Source of the DNA: Malacoraja senta
Lineage: Eukaryota
Length of the DNA: 64,000 nt
Assembly (NCBI GenBank): GCA_038087875.1
Contig: CM075997.1
Location: 8,310,001 to 8,374,000, forward strand
Reading direction: 5' to 3'
Part shown: positions 52,854 through 64,000 of the stretch, one piece after another
Layout: every line of letters begins with the position of its first letter
Position numbering within the stretch: position 1 is the first letter of the stretch
Notes under the pieces: model-generated
Told to the model about the DNA's origin: nothing
Database searches by the model: none
The model's input: only the letters and a program-made list of their open reading frames with translations
Position numbers and translations under genes: made by a program

Positions 52854-55350
52854 ACATAGAAACATAGAAAATAGGTGCAGGAGTAGGCCATTCGGCCCTT
52901 CGAGCCTGCACCGCCATTTGAGCTGATCACCCAACTCAGTATCCCATCCCTGCCTTCTCTCCATTCCCCCTGATCCCTTTAGCCACAAGGGCCACATCTA
53001 ACTCCCTCTTAAATATAGCCAATGAACTGGCCTCAACTACCTTCTGTGGCAGAGAATTTCACAGATTCACCACTCTGTGTAAAAAATGATTTCCTCATCT
53101 CGGTCCTAAAAGTCTTCCCTCTTATCCTTAAACTGTGACCCCTAGTTCTGGACTTCCCCAACATCGGGAATAATCTTCCTGCATCTAGCCTGTCCAACCC
53201 CTTAAGAATTTTGTAAGTTTCTATAAGATCCCCCCCTCAGTCTTCTGAAATCCAACGTGTACAAGCCGAGTCTATCCAGTCTTTCCTGATATGAAAGTCC
53301 TGCCATCCCAGGAATCAGTCTGGTGAACCTTCTCTGTACTCCCTCTATGGCAAGAGTGTCTTTCCTCAGATTAGGAGACCAAAACTGTACGCAATACTCC
53401 AGGTGTGGTCTCACCAAGACCCTGTACAACTGCAGTAGAACCTCCCTGCTCTTATACACAAATCCTTTTGCTATGAATGCTAACATAGCATTTGCTTTCT
53501 TCACTGCCTGCTGCACCTGCATTCCTACTTTCAATGACTGGTGTACCATGAAATCCAGGTCTCGTTGCATCTCCCCTTTTCCTAATCGGCCACCATTCAG
53601 ATAATAGTCTACTTTCCTGTTTTTGCCACCAACGTGGATAACCTCACATGTATCCACATTATACTGCATCTGCCATACCTTTGCCTACTGACCCAACCTA
53701 TCCAAGTCACCTTGCAGCCTCCTAGCATCCTCGTGACAGCTAACACTGCCCCCCAGCATCGTGTCGTCCGCAAACTTGGAGATGCTGCATTCAATTCCCT
53801 CATCCAGATCATTAATATATATATTGTAAATAGCTGGGGTCCCAGCACTGAGCCTTGCGGTACCCCTCTAGTCAATGCCTGCCATTCTGAAAAGGACCCG
53901 TTTACTCCTACTCTTTCCTTCCTGTCTGCCAGCAGTTCTCTATCCACATCAATACTGAACCCCCAATACCATGTGCTTTAAGTTTGTATTCTAATCTCTT
54001 ATATGGGACCTTGTCGTAAGCCTTCTGAAAGTCCAGATATAACACATCCACTGGTTCTCCCTTATCCACTCTACTAGTTACATCCTCGAAAAATTCTATA
54101 AGATTCGTCAGACATGATTTACCTTCCATAAATCCATGCTGACTTTGTCCAATGAACTCACCACTTTCCAAATGTGCTGCTATCCCATCGTTAATAACTG
54201 ACTCCAGAATTTTCCCCACCAATTACAGACTGACTGGTCTGTAATTCCCCGTTTTCTCTCTCCCTCCCTTTTCTAAAAGTGGGGTTACATTAGCTACCCT
54301 CCAGTCCTCAGGAACTACTCCAGAATCTAAAGAGTTTTGAAAAATTATCACTAATGCATCCACTATTTCTGCGGCTACTTCCTTAAGTACACTGGGACGC
54401 AACTTATCCGGCCCTGGGGATTTATCGGCCTTTAATCCATTCAATTTACCTAACACCACTTACCGGCTAACTTGGATTTCACTCCGTTCCTCCATCTCAT
54501 TTAACCCCCGTCTCTTGCTATTTCCGGCAGATTATTTATGTCTTCTTTAGTGAAGACAGAACCAAAGTAATTATTCAATTGGTCTGCCATGTCCTTGTTC
54601 CCCATGATCAATTCGCCTGTTTTTGACTGCACGGGACCTACATTTGTTTTAACTAATCTTTTCTTCTGGACATATCTATAAAAACGTTTGCAGTCAGTAT
54701 TTATGTTCCCTGCCAGTTTTCTTTCATAATCTATTTTCCCTTTCCTAATTAAGCCCTTTGTCCTCCTCTGCTGGACTCTGAATTTCTCCCAGTCCCCTGG
54801 TAGGCTGCTTGTTCTGGCTAATTTGTAGGTTTCCTCTTTTGTTTTGATATTATCCCTAATTTCCCCTGTTATCCACGGATGCACTACCTTCCTTGATTTA
54901 TTCTTTTGCCAAACTGGGAAGAACAATTGTTGTAGTTCATCCATGCAGTTTTTAAATGCCTTCCATTGCATATCCACCGTCAACCCTTTAAGAATCATTG
55001 GCCAGTCTATCTTGGCCAATTCACGTCTCATACCCTCAAAGTCACCTTTGTTTAAGTTCAGGACCTTTGTTTCTGAATTAACAATGTCACTCTCCATCCT
55101 AATGAAGAACTCTACCATATTATGGTCACTCTTGCCCAACGGGCCACGCACAACAAGACTGCTAACTAACCCTTGCTCATTACTCAATACCCAGTCTAGA
55201 ATAGCGTGCTCTCTCGTTGGTTCTTCTACACGTTGGTTTAGAAAACTATCCCACATACATTCCAAGAAATCCTCTTCCTCAGCAACCCTGCCAATTTGAT
55301 TCACCCAATCTATATGTAGATTGAAATCACCCATTATAATGGTTTTACCT
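52854..55350 (-). mobile_element. CR1-B, 5'-truncated in EN, nested in CR1-C
   Basis: Tail at 52854-52872; ORFs 53202-55350. Confidence 0.92.
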
Positions 55351-55839
55351 TTAATAATTGACTCCAGCATCTTTCTCAACACCGAAGTCAGGCTAACTGG
55401 TCTGTAATTCCCCGTTTTCTCTCTCGCTCGTGTCTTGAAAGGTGGGATAACATTAGTTATTCTCCAATCCACAGGAACTGATCTTGAATCTATTGAACAT
55501 TGGAAAATGACCATCAATGCGTCCACTATTTCTAGAGCCACCTTCTTGAGTACCCTGGGATGCAGACCATCAGGCCCAGGGGATTTATCATCCTTCAGTC
55601 ACATTAGCCTACCCAATACTATTTCTCGCCTAATGAAAATTACTTTCATGTCCTCTAGCCCCTTAGATCCTCTGTCTTCCAGTACATCTGGGAGATTGTT
55701 TGTGTCTTCCTTAGCGAAGACAGATCCGAAGCACCTATTCAACTGTTCTGCGATTTCCTTGTTGCCCATAATAATTTCACCCGTGTCTGCCTTCAAGTGA
55801 CCCAGATTTGACTTTGCTACTCTTTTCCCCTTAACATAT

Positions 55840-58800
55840 AGTAAACAAGCACCAGAGACAGTGTCTGATTTAAACACATCTTTAATCAGCTCTGAAACTT
55901 TGCAGCGTTGAGGACAATAGGTTGTCAGTACATCCTAGGTGCTCAGACTGGCAGTGCCGGGAACAAGCGTTAGTATAAGTGTTATAGGGGGTGGAGTTAG
56001 TGATGCTGGCTTATGTGTGATTGGTTCACTTGCATCATCAATTTACATCCTTCCCCCTAAAGATTAAATGTTGGAAAGGGCACCCATACCATGAAGTTAA
56101 ACATACTCGCCATATCTGTCTAGTGGTCTACTAACACGGCCCGAGCGCGTGCGGACCCAACCATCCCCTCCCTCACCTGAAGGATGAGACGGAGAGCCTG
56201 GAGGCGAGAATGGCACGGGAGAGGCTTGTGGTGACCGAAAGGGGAAACATGTGGTAGGTGAAACCCCGTGGTTAGTGGAGACCGAGGGACGTGGGGGTGT
56301 GCAAGGCATGCGGGGACGGGTGGGAGACATTGCAAAAGGCGGCTGGAACTGGAGCGGCGGAGCATAGGGATCAGCAGGCGGTGGTCGGGGCTCCCTCACA
56401 GCAAGCAGGTGTTGTCGACTTTTCCGGTATACCGCTCCCTCACAGTCCACAAGGTAGGATCGCGGCTCGTCAGTCGGGCGTACAACAGTGCCCAGACGAT
56501 AATGTCCAGTTGAAGTTCGTAGACGGACGACCTGGCCCGGCAGTAGAGGCTTAAGTGGTCTGCTGGAACTGTCGTATGACCGTTTATGGATGTCATGCTT
56601 CTCCTGGAGACGTTTCTTGATAGTGGCAGGCTTCAGCACCCGAGGGACCAGCTGCTGTTGTGCGATAGGCACCGGAGACCTCGTGACTCTTGACAATAGA
56701 CTCTGTGCCGGCGATCCAAGGTTCCGTCTCTGGCGATGTTTGTGAGATTCAGGAGATTGAGATAGACGTCTGACTTTGAAATGCGCGCTCCCTCCAGCAA
56801 GTGCTTGGCGCTTCTGACAGCGCGTTCAGCGAGTCCATTACTCTGTGGATACTCGGGACTGTTCGTGACGTGCTGGAAGTTCCATCGGTCTGCGAAAAGC
56901 TTGAACAAGTGGCTGGTGAACTGCCGACCATTGTCGGTTCTCAGGATGACAGGAGCGCCATAGGCTGAGAATTGTATTTTCATCTTCTTTATGACCATCC
57001 CAGATGTCAGGGAGGTCAGTAGGTCTAGTTCAAACCAGTTAGAAAAGGAGTCGACCAGAACGAGGTAGTGCTTTCCGCACCATTCGAAAATGTCCGCAGC
57101 CAGCGACGATCAAGGCAGTGCTGGTGGAGGTTGTTGCAGAAGGGGTTGCCGCTGCTGATGAGGCGCAATATTGTTGCAAGTGGGGAAAGAGGCTATGCGG
57201 TCCCGGATGTACTTGGCCATTCTCGGCCAGTAGAACAGATCACGAACGCGTACCAGTGTGGAGTCGGCTCCTGGGTGACCGCTGTGTGCCTCTTTGAAGT
57301 ATTCGTCTCGTAGCGATGAGATTATCACTACCTTGTGACCCTTAACAACAACACCATCCTGAACCACCAGTTCATCACGGACCAAGAAGAACGGCTGCAC
57401 CTGTGTGGGCGTGTGGGATTGTTTGTCTGGCCAGCCTGTTTTGATGATGGATGAGAGGGTTTCAAGCGCATCGTCAGTGGCAGTGTGCGCGGCCAGGGTG
57501 CGCAGTTGCTTACTGGAGATGAGATCGACACCGAGGACCGTGAAATTCTGCTGTTCATGGGGGTGTTGTTCGCAGGATGCTCGAGGTGCACGAGAGAGTG
57601 TGTCAGCGACATGCATGTTCGTACCCTTTGTGTATGTAATAGAGAAGCCATACCGCTGCAGCTGCATCATCATGCGCTGCAAGCAAGCTGGCGCGGCATG
57701 GATGGGCTTGTTCAGGATTGTCAACTGGTGGTTGTTGGTCCGTCTCGACCGTGAACGTGTTCCCTAAGACGAAGTCGTGGAATTTGGAGCAGGCAAAGAC
57801 GACAGCCAGCAGTTATTTTCCGATTTGCGCGTAGTGCTGCTCCGTGTCGGTCATGGTGCGAGAGGGAAACGCGACAGGTAGTAGGGTGCCATCATCAGAT
57901 GGTTGCAAGCAGGCTGCGCCGAGCCCGAATTTCGAGGCATCGCAGGTGATCGTCACCGGACGTTTCAGGTCGAAAAACGTCAGGGTCGGTGCACTGGTCA
58001 GTTTGGATTTTAGAACATCAAAGGCAACCTGATGTTGCTGGAACCATGACCATGCAGTGTCCTTTTTGGTCAGCTGCCGCAGTGTGGAGCTTAGCTAGCT
58101 GAGGTTCGGTATGAACTTTCCAAGACAGTTTACCATGCCCAGGAAACGTTGCAGGCCTTTCACGTCTTTTGGGGCAGGCATTTCTGTGATGTCAGTAGTT
58201 TTCTTCAGATCGGGTTCGAGGCCATCAGGGGTGAAGATGTGGCCGACGTAGGAGACCACTGGAACCCTGAACTTGCACTAGTCAGGATTGAGCTTGAGGT
58301 TGATCTTGACAGCACGCTCCAAGATGAGTCTGAGATTGTGCTCGTGTTCCGCTGCGTCTTTACCATAGATGAGGATATCGTCGACAATAATGGCACAAGG
58401 CAGGTCCTCGAATAATTGCTCCATAGCTCTTTAGAAGACTTCACTGGCGGAGTTGATTCCGAATGGCATTCTCAGAAACTTATATCTGCCGAATGGGGTT
58501 GCAAATGTGGTGAGGTTTGATGACTTCTTGTCCAGCGGTATCTGCCAGAAAGAGTTCTTGGCATCGAGGACAGAAAATAGGGTGGTCATTCCGACTTTGC
58601 CGCAACATCCTCGACTGTCTTCATGGGATGGTGTGGGCGCTTAATGTCAGTGTTCAGATCTTTAGGATTGATGCACACGCGGATTTCATTTTTTCCCTTC
58701 TTGACTGTAGCAATTATGGTTGAGACCCAGTCGGTGGGGTCGCTGACTGCTTCAATTACGCCTTTGGAGGCCATGCCCTTCCGCATAGAGTGAACCCTGT

Positions 58801-60518
58801 CAGTCATGGCAAATGACAATCGGTGCGGGGGTCGGATGACGGGTGTCACATCGGGGTCAGTAATAATCTTGTAGATCACAGGCAACTTGCCTAGGTTGTT
58901 GTCGAAAAGATCAGAGAATTCACTCAGCGGGTCCAACGACATTTGCATCTTGTGGACGGTTTTGTCAAAGGAAATCAGCCCCAGTTCCTGACAGGCACGA
59001 TTGCCAAGCAGAGTAACTGAATTAAAGTTCAAGACATGGAAGGTCAATTCCCTCGTTGTTTTCTTTAGTACACATTTCAAGTTTGTTTTGCCCAAGGGAA
59101 CCAGCACCTCCACTCCAAAAGCATGTAAAGTGGATTTGTCCTTAATGAGTGGCTCGTTAGTTCTAATCTTGAGAGGTTGATTGACATAGTGTTGACCTGC
59201 GCGCGTGTCTAATTTCGCGCCAAAACTACATTGTTTACAGAATCGTCACGGTTGGATCAGAATTAATGGCTGCAGCATGCTGTAACGAGTAAACAGTCGG
59301 ATCGTCTTGCGAGTTAATTGGGCTGTATTCGGGGGCGGTTTCGAGCTGGAATTGGGGAGTGAGTGTGTTGCTGTCTCGTTGCAAAAAATTGAGATTAGAC
59401 TTGGGGCTGGACGAATTCTTTCCTCGGGCCCGAATTGCAGCCCGACAGACAGAGGCAAAGTGATTTAGCTTTTTGCAGTAATTGCATGCTTTCCCGAGGG
59501 CGCGGCAGGCTGATTGTCTGTTGTGTAAGTAATTGCAGTTGGGACATCTCTTCGGAGGACCGCTGTGAGCTGCCTGACTAGCTTGGGTCATAAATCGGCT
59601 GTTATCTGTGTATGTTCGCTGCCTAGTGAGGCCCGTCAGGTGGATGGTTTTGGTTTCATGCGAACTGACTATGGGTTCGACAAATTCGGCAGTTCTGCAT
59701 GCGTGTACAGCTTCATCAAGTGTTAAATCTGGCCGTCTCTGGAGCTCTGATCTGAGCTTTAGATCGCTAATGCCATTCACTAAAATGTCCCTCGTTAACT
59801 GATCAGTCAGCTAATCAACCGGCATAATCTGGAATCGGCAACGCTGGGCTAAATACATCAAGTCTGAGATAAACGAGTCAACTCGTTCCCCGGGGAGCTG
59901 ACGACGAGAGAAAAACCTTGCCCTATCCAAAATGTGATTTGAGGGCAGGTCACAGATCTGGATTAGTTGACGCAGCAGAACATTAGGGTCATCAAGAGAT
60001 TCCGCTGGGGTTGGCATCGCGGATTGCCGGAGCATAACGGAATGTTCTGGATCGACGAAGGGCATCTGGGCCCCCAAGGTTGAGCAGGAGAGAGGCCTTG
60101 ACAGCATCTGGTTCATTTCGGTGTGCAATGTTCATGTAGTGCTGGTAATCCATTTCAAACGTGGCCCAGCGTTCGCTGATATCCGCATCAAAGACAAGAC
60201 GGTCAGGCTTTCGACAAGAAGAAGCCATCGTAAAGTAAAACAAAAACTCACAAAAGATAAAATAAAAACCGTTATACAAGAGGAGTTGATAAGACCAATT
60301 CTGACGCCATGCAAACAAGCACCAGAGACAGTGTATGATTTAAACACATCTTTAATCAGCACTGAGACTTAGCAGCGTTGAGGACAATAGGTTGTCAGTA
60401 CATCCTAGCTGCTCAGACTGGCAGTGCCGGGAACAAGCGTTAGTATAAGTGTTATAGTGGGGTGGATTTAGTGATGCTGGCTTATGTGTGATTGGTTCAC
60501 ATGCATCATCAATCTACA
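55840..60518 (-). mobile_element. Gypsy-2: full-length Mag-like LTR retrotransposon related to Gypsy-1, multiply frameshifted
   Basis: LTRs 55840-56047 and 60310-60518, TSD at least atat, PBS TGGCGTCAGAATTGG (tRNA-Leu-like), PPT AGGGGGAAGGA. Gag starts MASSCRKPD; RT has CAIIVDDI; integrase ends RTRSGRVSRP. Confidence 0.95.
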
Positions 60519-63087
60519 ATATCTTAAGAACCTTTTACTGTCCTTCTTTATAATCCTGGCCAGCTTCCCTTCGTATTTCATCTTTTCAGCCCGTATTGCC
60601 CGTTTTGTTTCCTTCTGTTGTCCGATGAAAGTTTCCCAATTTTCTGGCTTCCGGTTACTCTTTGCTGTGTTATACATCTTTTCTTTTAGTTTTATTCTAT
60701 CCCTAACTTCTCCTGACAGCCACGGTTGCCTCCTACACCGCTTAGAATCTTTCTTCCTGTTTGGAATGAAATAATCCTGCGTCTTCCGGATTATGCCCAG
60801 AAATTCCTGCCATTGCTGTTCCACCGTCATTTCCAGTCTACTTTAGCCGGCTCCCCTCTCATGCTTTCATAGTCCCCTTTGTTCAACTGCATCACTGACA
60901 CTTCCGATTTAACGTTCGCCTTCTCAAATTGCAGATTAAAACTAATCATATTATGATCACTACCTCCAAGCGGTTCCTGTACCTCGAGTTACCTTATCAT
61001 ATCTGGTTCATTGGACAACACTAAATCCAGAATTGCCTTTTCTCTGGTCGGCTCCATTACAAGCTAATCTAAGAATCCATCTCGGAAGCATTCTCCACAC
61101 TCTCTTTCTTGGGTTCCTGAACTAACCTGATTTCCCCAGACTACCTGCATATTGAAACCCCCCTCACCACAGTGGCATTACCTTTGTTACATGAAAGTTT
61201 TAAGTCCTGCTTCAACTTACACCCTACATCCGGGCTACTATTTGGGGGTCTTTAGATAACACCAATTGTCTTCTTGCCTTTACAATTCCTCAACTCAATC
61301 CATAGTGACTCTACCTCGTCAGTCCCTATGCTTCTCTCGCAAGGGACTGAATTCCATCCCTCACCAGCAGAGCTACCCCCCCCTCCTCTGCCCACGTGCC
61401 TGCCCTTTCTATAGGATGTATAACACTGAATATTAATTTTCCAGGCCCGATCTTCCTGCTGCCACGTCTCAGTAATCCCCACAATGTCATATGTACCAAT
61501 CTCCAACTGAGCCTCAAGCTCATCTAATTTACTTCTTATACTTCGCGCATTCATATACAATACTTTCAATTCCTTACGCATCTCAGCTTTCACATCGATC
61601 CCTATTACACTTGGCCATACTCTCCTAACCCTTTGTGAGCTTCCTTTCCCGTTAATTCTGGGATCATTATCCATCCCTTTACTCTCTTTCCATTTAACTC
61701 CGTTTTCGACTATACCATTTGACACCCCACCCCCCTTATTCCTTTTAAAACCACCCGTGTAGCAGTGGCAAACCACCCTGCCAGAATGCTGGTCCCCCTC
61801 CTGTTAAAATGCAATCCGTTCCTTTTGTGCAGTTCCCCCTTACTCCAATACAGATCGCAGTGGTCTTAGAAACTAAATCCGTGCCCCCTGCACCAGTTCC
61901 TCAGCCAAATATTCATGTCCCGTATCTCCCTGTTCCTGCTCTCGCCAGCACGTGGAACTGGAAGCAAACCGGAGATAACAACCCTGGAGGTCCTGCTTTT
62001 CAGCATTTTTCAGAGCCCTCTAAAGTCACGCTGCAGAATATTAATCCCCTTCTTTCCGTCATCTTTTGTGCCGACATGCACTGCCACTTCCGGTTGTTGA
62101 CCTTCGCCCTTGAGGATTTTCTGCGCACTGTCCGTGACATCCTGGATGCTGGCACCAGGAAGGCAGCACACCATCCTCAAATCCTGCAGAAACCCCTGTC
62201 CGTACCTCTCACAATGGAGTCTCCAACTACAATGGCGTTGCCTGACGTTGGCCTCTTTGGTTTTGGCTCAACAGCCCTTTTTGCTTCGCAAGCCAGTGCG
62301 CCGCTCAGTGTGATAACGTCTTCTGTCCCGAAGTGGGTGAACCTGTTCACAAGAGGTACAACACCCGGGGTCCTTTGCATTCCATGTTTCCCCCCCTTTC
62401 TCACCGTCACCCACCTTCTCTCTTCCAGCACCTTAGGTGTAACAATCTTACTGTCGAGGAACATCTCAGTTTCTCGGACGAACCTGAGGTCATCCACTTG
62501 CTTACCCAGTTCCCCAACACGGTCCTTCAGGAGCAGGTACCTGGATGCACTTCTCACATTTGTAGCAGCCAGAGGCACCGGCAGTGTCCTTGACCTCCCA
62601 GCATCGCACTGAATTAGCTTGCTTGACATCTGCTTCTTTCGTCGCTCCTTCTCCAGCGTTTTGCGTAGCCTCCTCTCCGAAGATTCACGAGCCAAAGACT
62701 CACACTTTACTCACAGGGCACTTCACTCACAAGGTCGCTCCCTCACTGCCGCTCCATAAGAGCCATCCTCCTTATATTGACTGCTAAATTGCCTAATTTA
62801 CCAATTTAGAAACCAAATTCCTCAGTTTTAAACTGCTTTCCCCCTCTGACTCACTTCTAACTCCTCCCGCTCGGGCTGGAGCCAATCAGTGTTTTCTCCT
62901 GCTCTTTGTTGCTGTTGCTTCAAAATCCACGGGAGCTCTAAGTTAAGTCTGTCCATCAAACATAATGTTTTACCATGTCGTGTGCAGTTTAATTTTCCGC
63001 AGACCCATTGTCCACATACTTTCGAACCTCCCGAAGAGACACAAGAGACTAACAATATTAACAATATTATATTTCATCTATTTTCAG

Positions 63088-63255
63088 GCCTGGCGATATT
63101 ACGATCCCTGGGCACTTTAGCTGGCTTACTGTTGACTGCACTCCGTTATCTTTCTCCTTTACCACTTCTGTGCACATGCGTATAATTACATGGAAGACAC
63201 GTGTGGTAGGGTGTGCCTGGATTGCAAACATAACAACCTTCTTCATTGTGTCTAG
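63088..63255 (+). other. Candidate exon (possible transmembrane exon of the Ig receptor; would need a 1-nt frameshift)
   Basis: Good acceptor atttcatctattttcag. The phase-1 frame reads GLAILRSLGTLAGLLLTAL and the next frame continues VIFLLYHF. Possible donors are gtaggg and gtaaac. Confidence 0.3.
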
Positions 63256-63559
63256 GTAAACGTGGCAGCAAATATTCATTTTTTCACGAGCTACGAACGC
63301 GCCATGCTACTTTAGCTCAGCAATTTCAATACAAAAAATTCAAACGTAAAACCACAAATAAATACCGTTTCCAATTTGCTTTGGAAATACCCATTCGTTT
63401 TTTTTTTTTTAAGTTGCTTCACGTTCATGCATTTCCCCCGGTGTGCAAATGCCAAATACCAGAGCGCATACGGTTAAGATGAGAAGGGCTTTCATGGATT
63501 TCTTCGAGATGTGTTTTGTTTTTATGTCCTTCGAGTTTAGAGTTCAGAGACATAGTATG

Positions 63560-63830
63560 TAAAGACCATTGAGACCATCGAGTCGACACGGCCATTGATC
63601 ACCCGTTTGCCCGAGGTCTATTTTATCCCAACTTCTCATCCGCTTGAGGGAATTTTCAAAAGCCAACTAACTGACAAATCCGGAATTGTGATCTGGTTGA
63701 ATCAGCCGGCCAAACCGCACGCGATCCCACTGAGAACGTATAGTCACACACAAGCGATGCGGGGTCTGGATCGAACCCGGCTCTCTGGCGCTAAGGGGCA
63801 GCAGCTCTCCCACTGCGCCACTGTGCCGCC
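63560..63830 (-). mobile_element. tRNA-derived V-SINE/HE1-like SINE
   Basis: Minus strand ggcggcacagTGGCGCAGTGG (A box) ... GGTTCGATCC (B box), followed by a V-core-like gtgtgtg...cgttctc segment. Confidence 0.75.
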
Positions 63831-64000
63831 TATTATAGTCAGTGGTAAATAACTGGAACACGCTTCTACAAGAGGCGGTTTCCACCGTAACGGCTATTAA
63901 CAGGCATTTAAACAGACAGGTGACGACAGGGACAGGAACAGGTGGAGGCGTGTGTGACTATTTTACTCTGACCATTTAGTTTGCGCAGACATCGTGGGCC

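Larger units (their letters stand above)
48428..62870 (-). mobile_element. CR1 subfamily C, near full length, in four pieces (48428-48785, 51888-52853, 55351-55839, 60519-~62870)
   Basis: Tail (catagaaa)n at 48428. Reading frames rejoin across each insertion (IE-TY, ESIIK-EVIMGH, RFLRY-VKGK). ORF1 62177-62695 has VGDSIVRG. The 5' boundary is approximate. Confidence 0.88.

Noticed and set aside
54501..55541. 346-aa ORF with RT-linker sequence preceding endonuclease motifs (apparent novel domain order)
   Set aside because: Chance in-frame junction of CR1-C host and 5'-truncated CR1-B at ~55350.
61809..62612. 267-aa + strand ORF
   Set aside because: Antisense to CR1-C ORF1, with no recognisable motif.
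63770..63830. tRNA gene
   Set aside because: A/B boxes run into a SINE core, and no complete cloverleaf with terminator was seen.

Overview
Eukaryotic DNA, most likely from a cartilaginous fish (inferred from the CR1 families with (ATAGAAAC)n-type tails and V-SINE/HE1-like SINEs). Most of the 64 kb is nested retrotransposon. It holds many CR1 LINEs from at least four subfamilies (my labels A-D), two end-to-end DIRS tyrosine-recombinase retrotransposons with ITR/ICR, three two-LTR Ty3/Gypsy elements (two Mag-like, one CsRn1-like), an internally deleted L1, Rex1/Babar-like fragments and SINEs. Target-site duplications and rejoined host frames allow most of the insertion order to be reconstructed, up to five layers deep. 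The only convincing host-gene sequence is two open, phase-1/phase-1, + strand C2-type Ig exons (13328-13615, 20265-20555) that resemble LRC-family (LILR/KIR/A1BG/IGSF1-like) domains. A speculative Arg-containing transmembrane exon lies at about 63.1 kb. No prokaryotic features or CRISPR arrays were seen. All family names come from motif recognition, not database searches.
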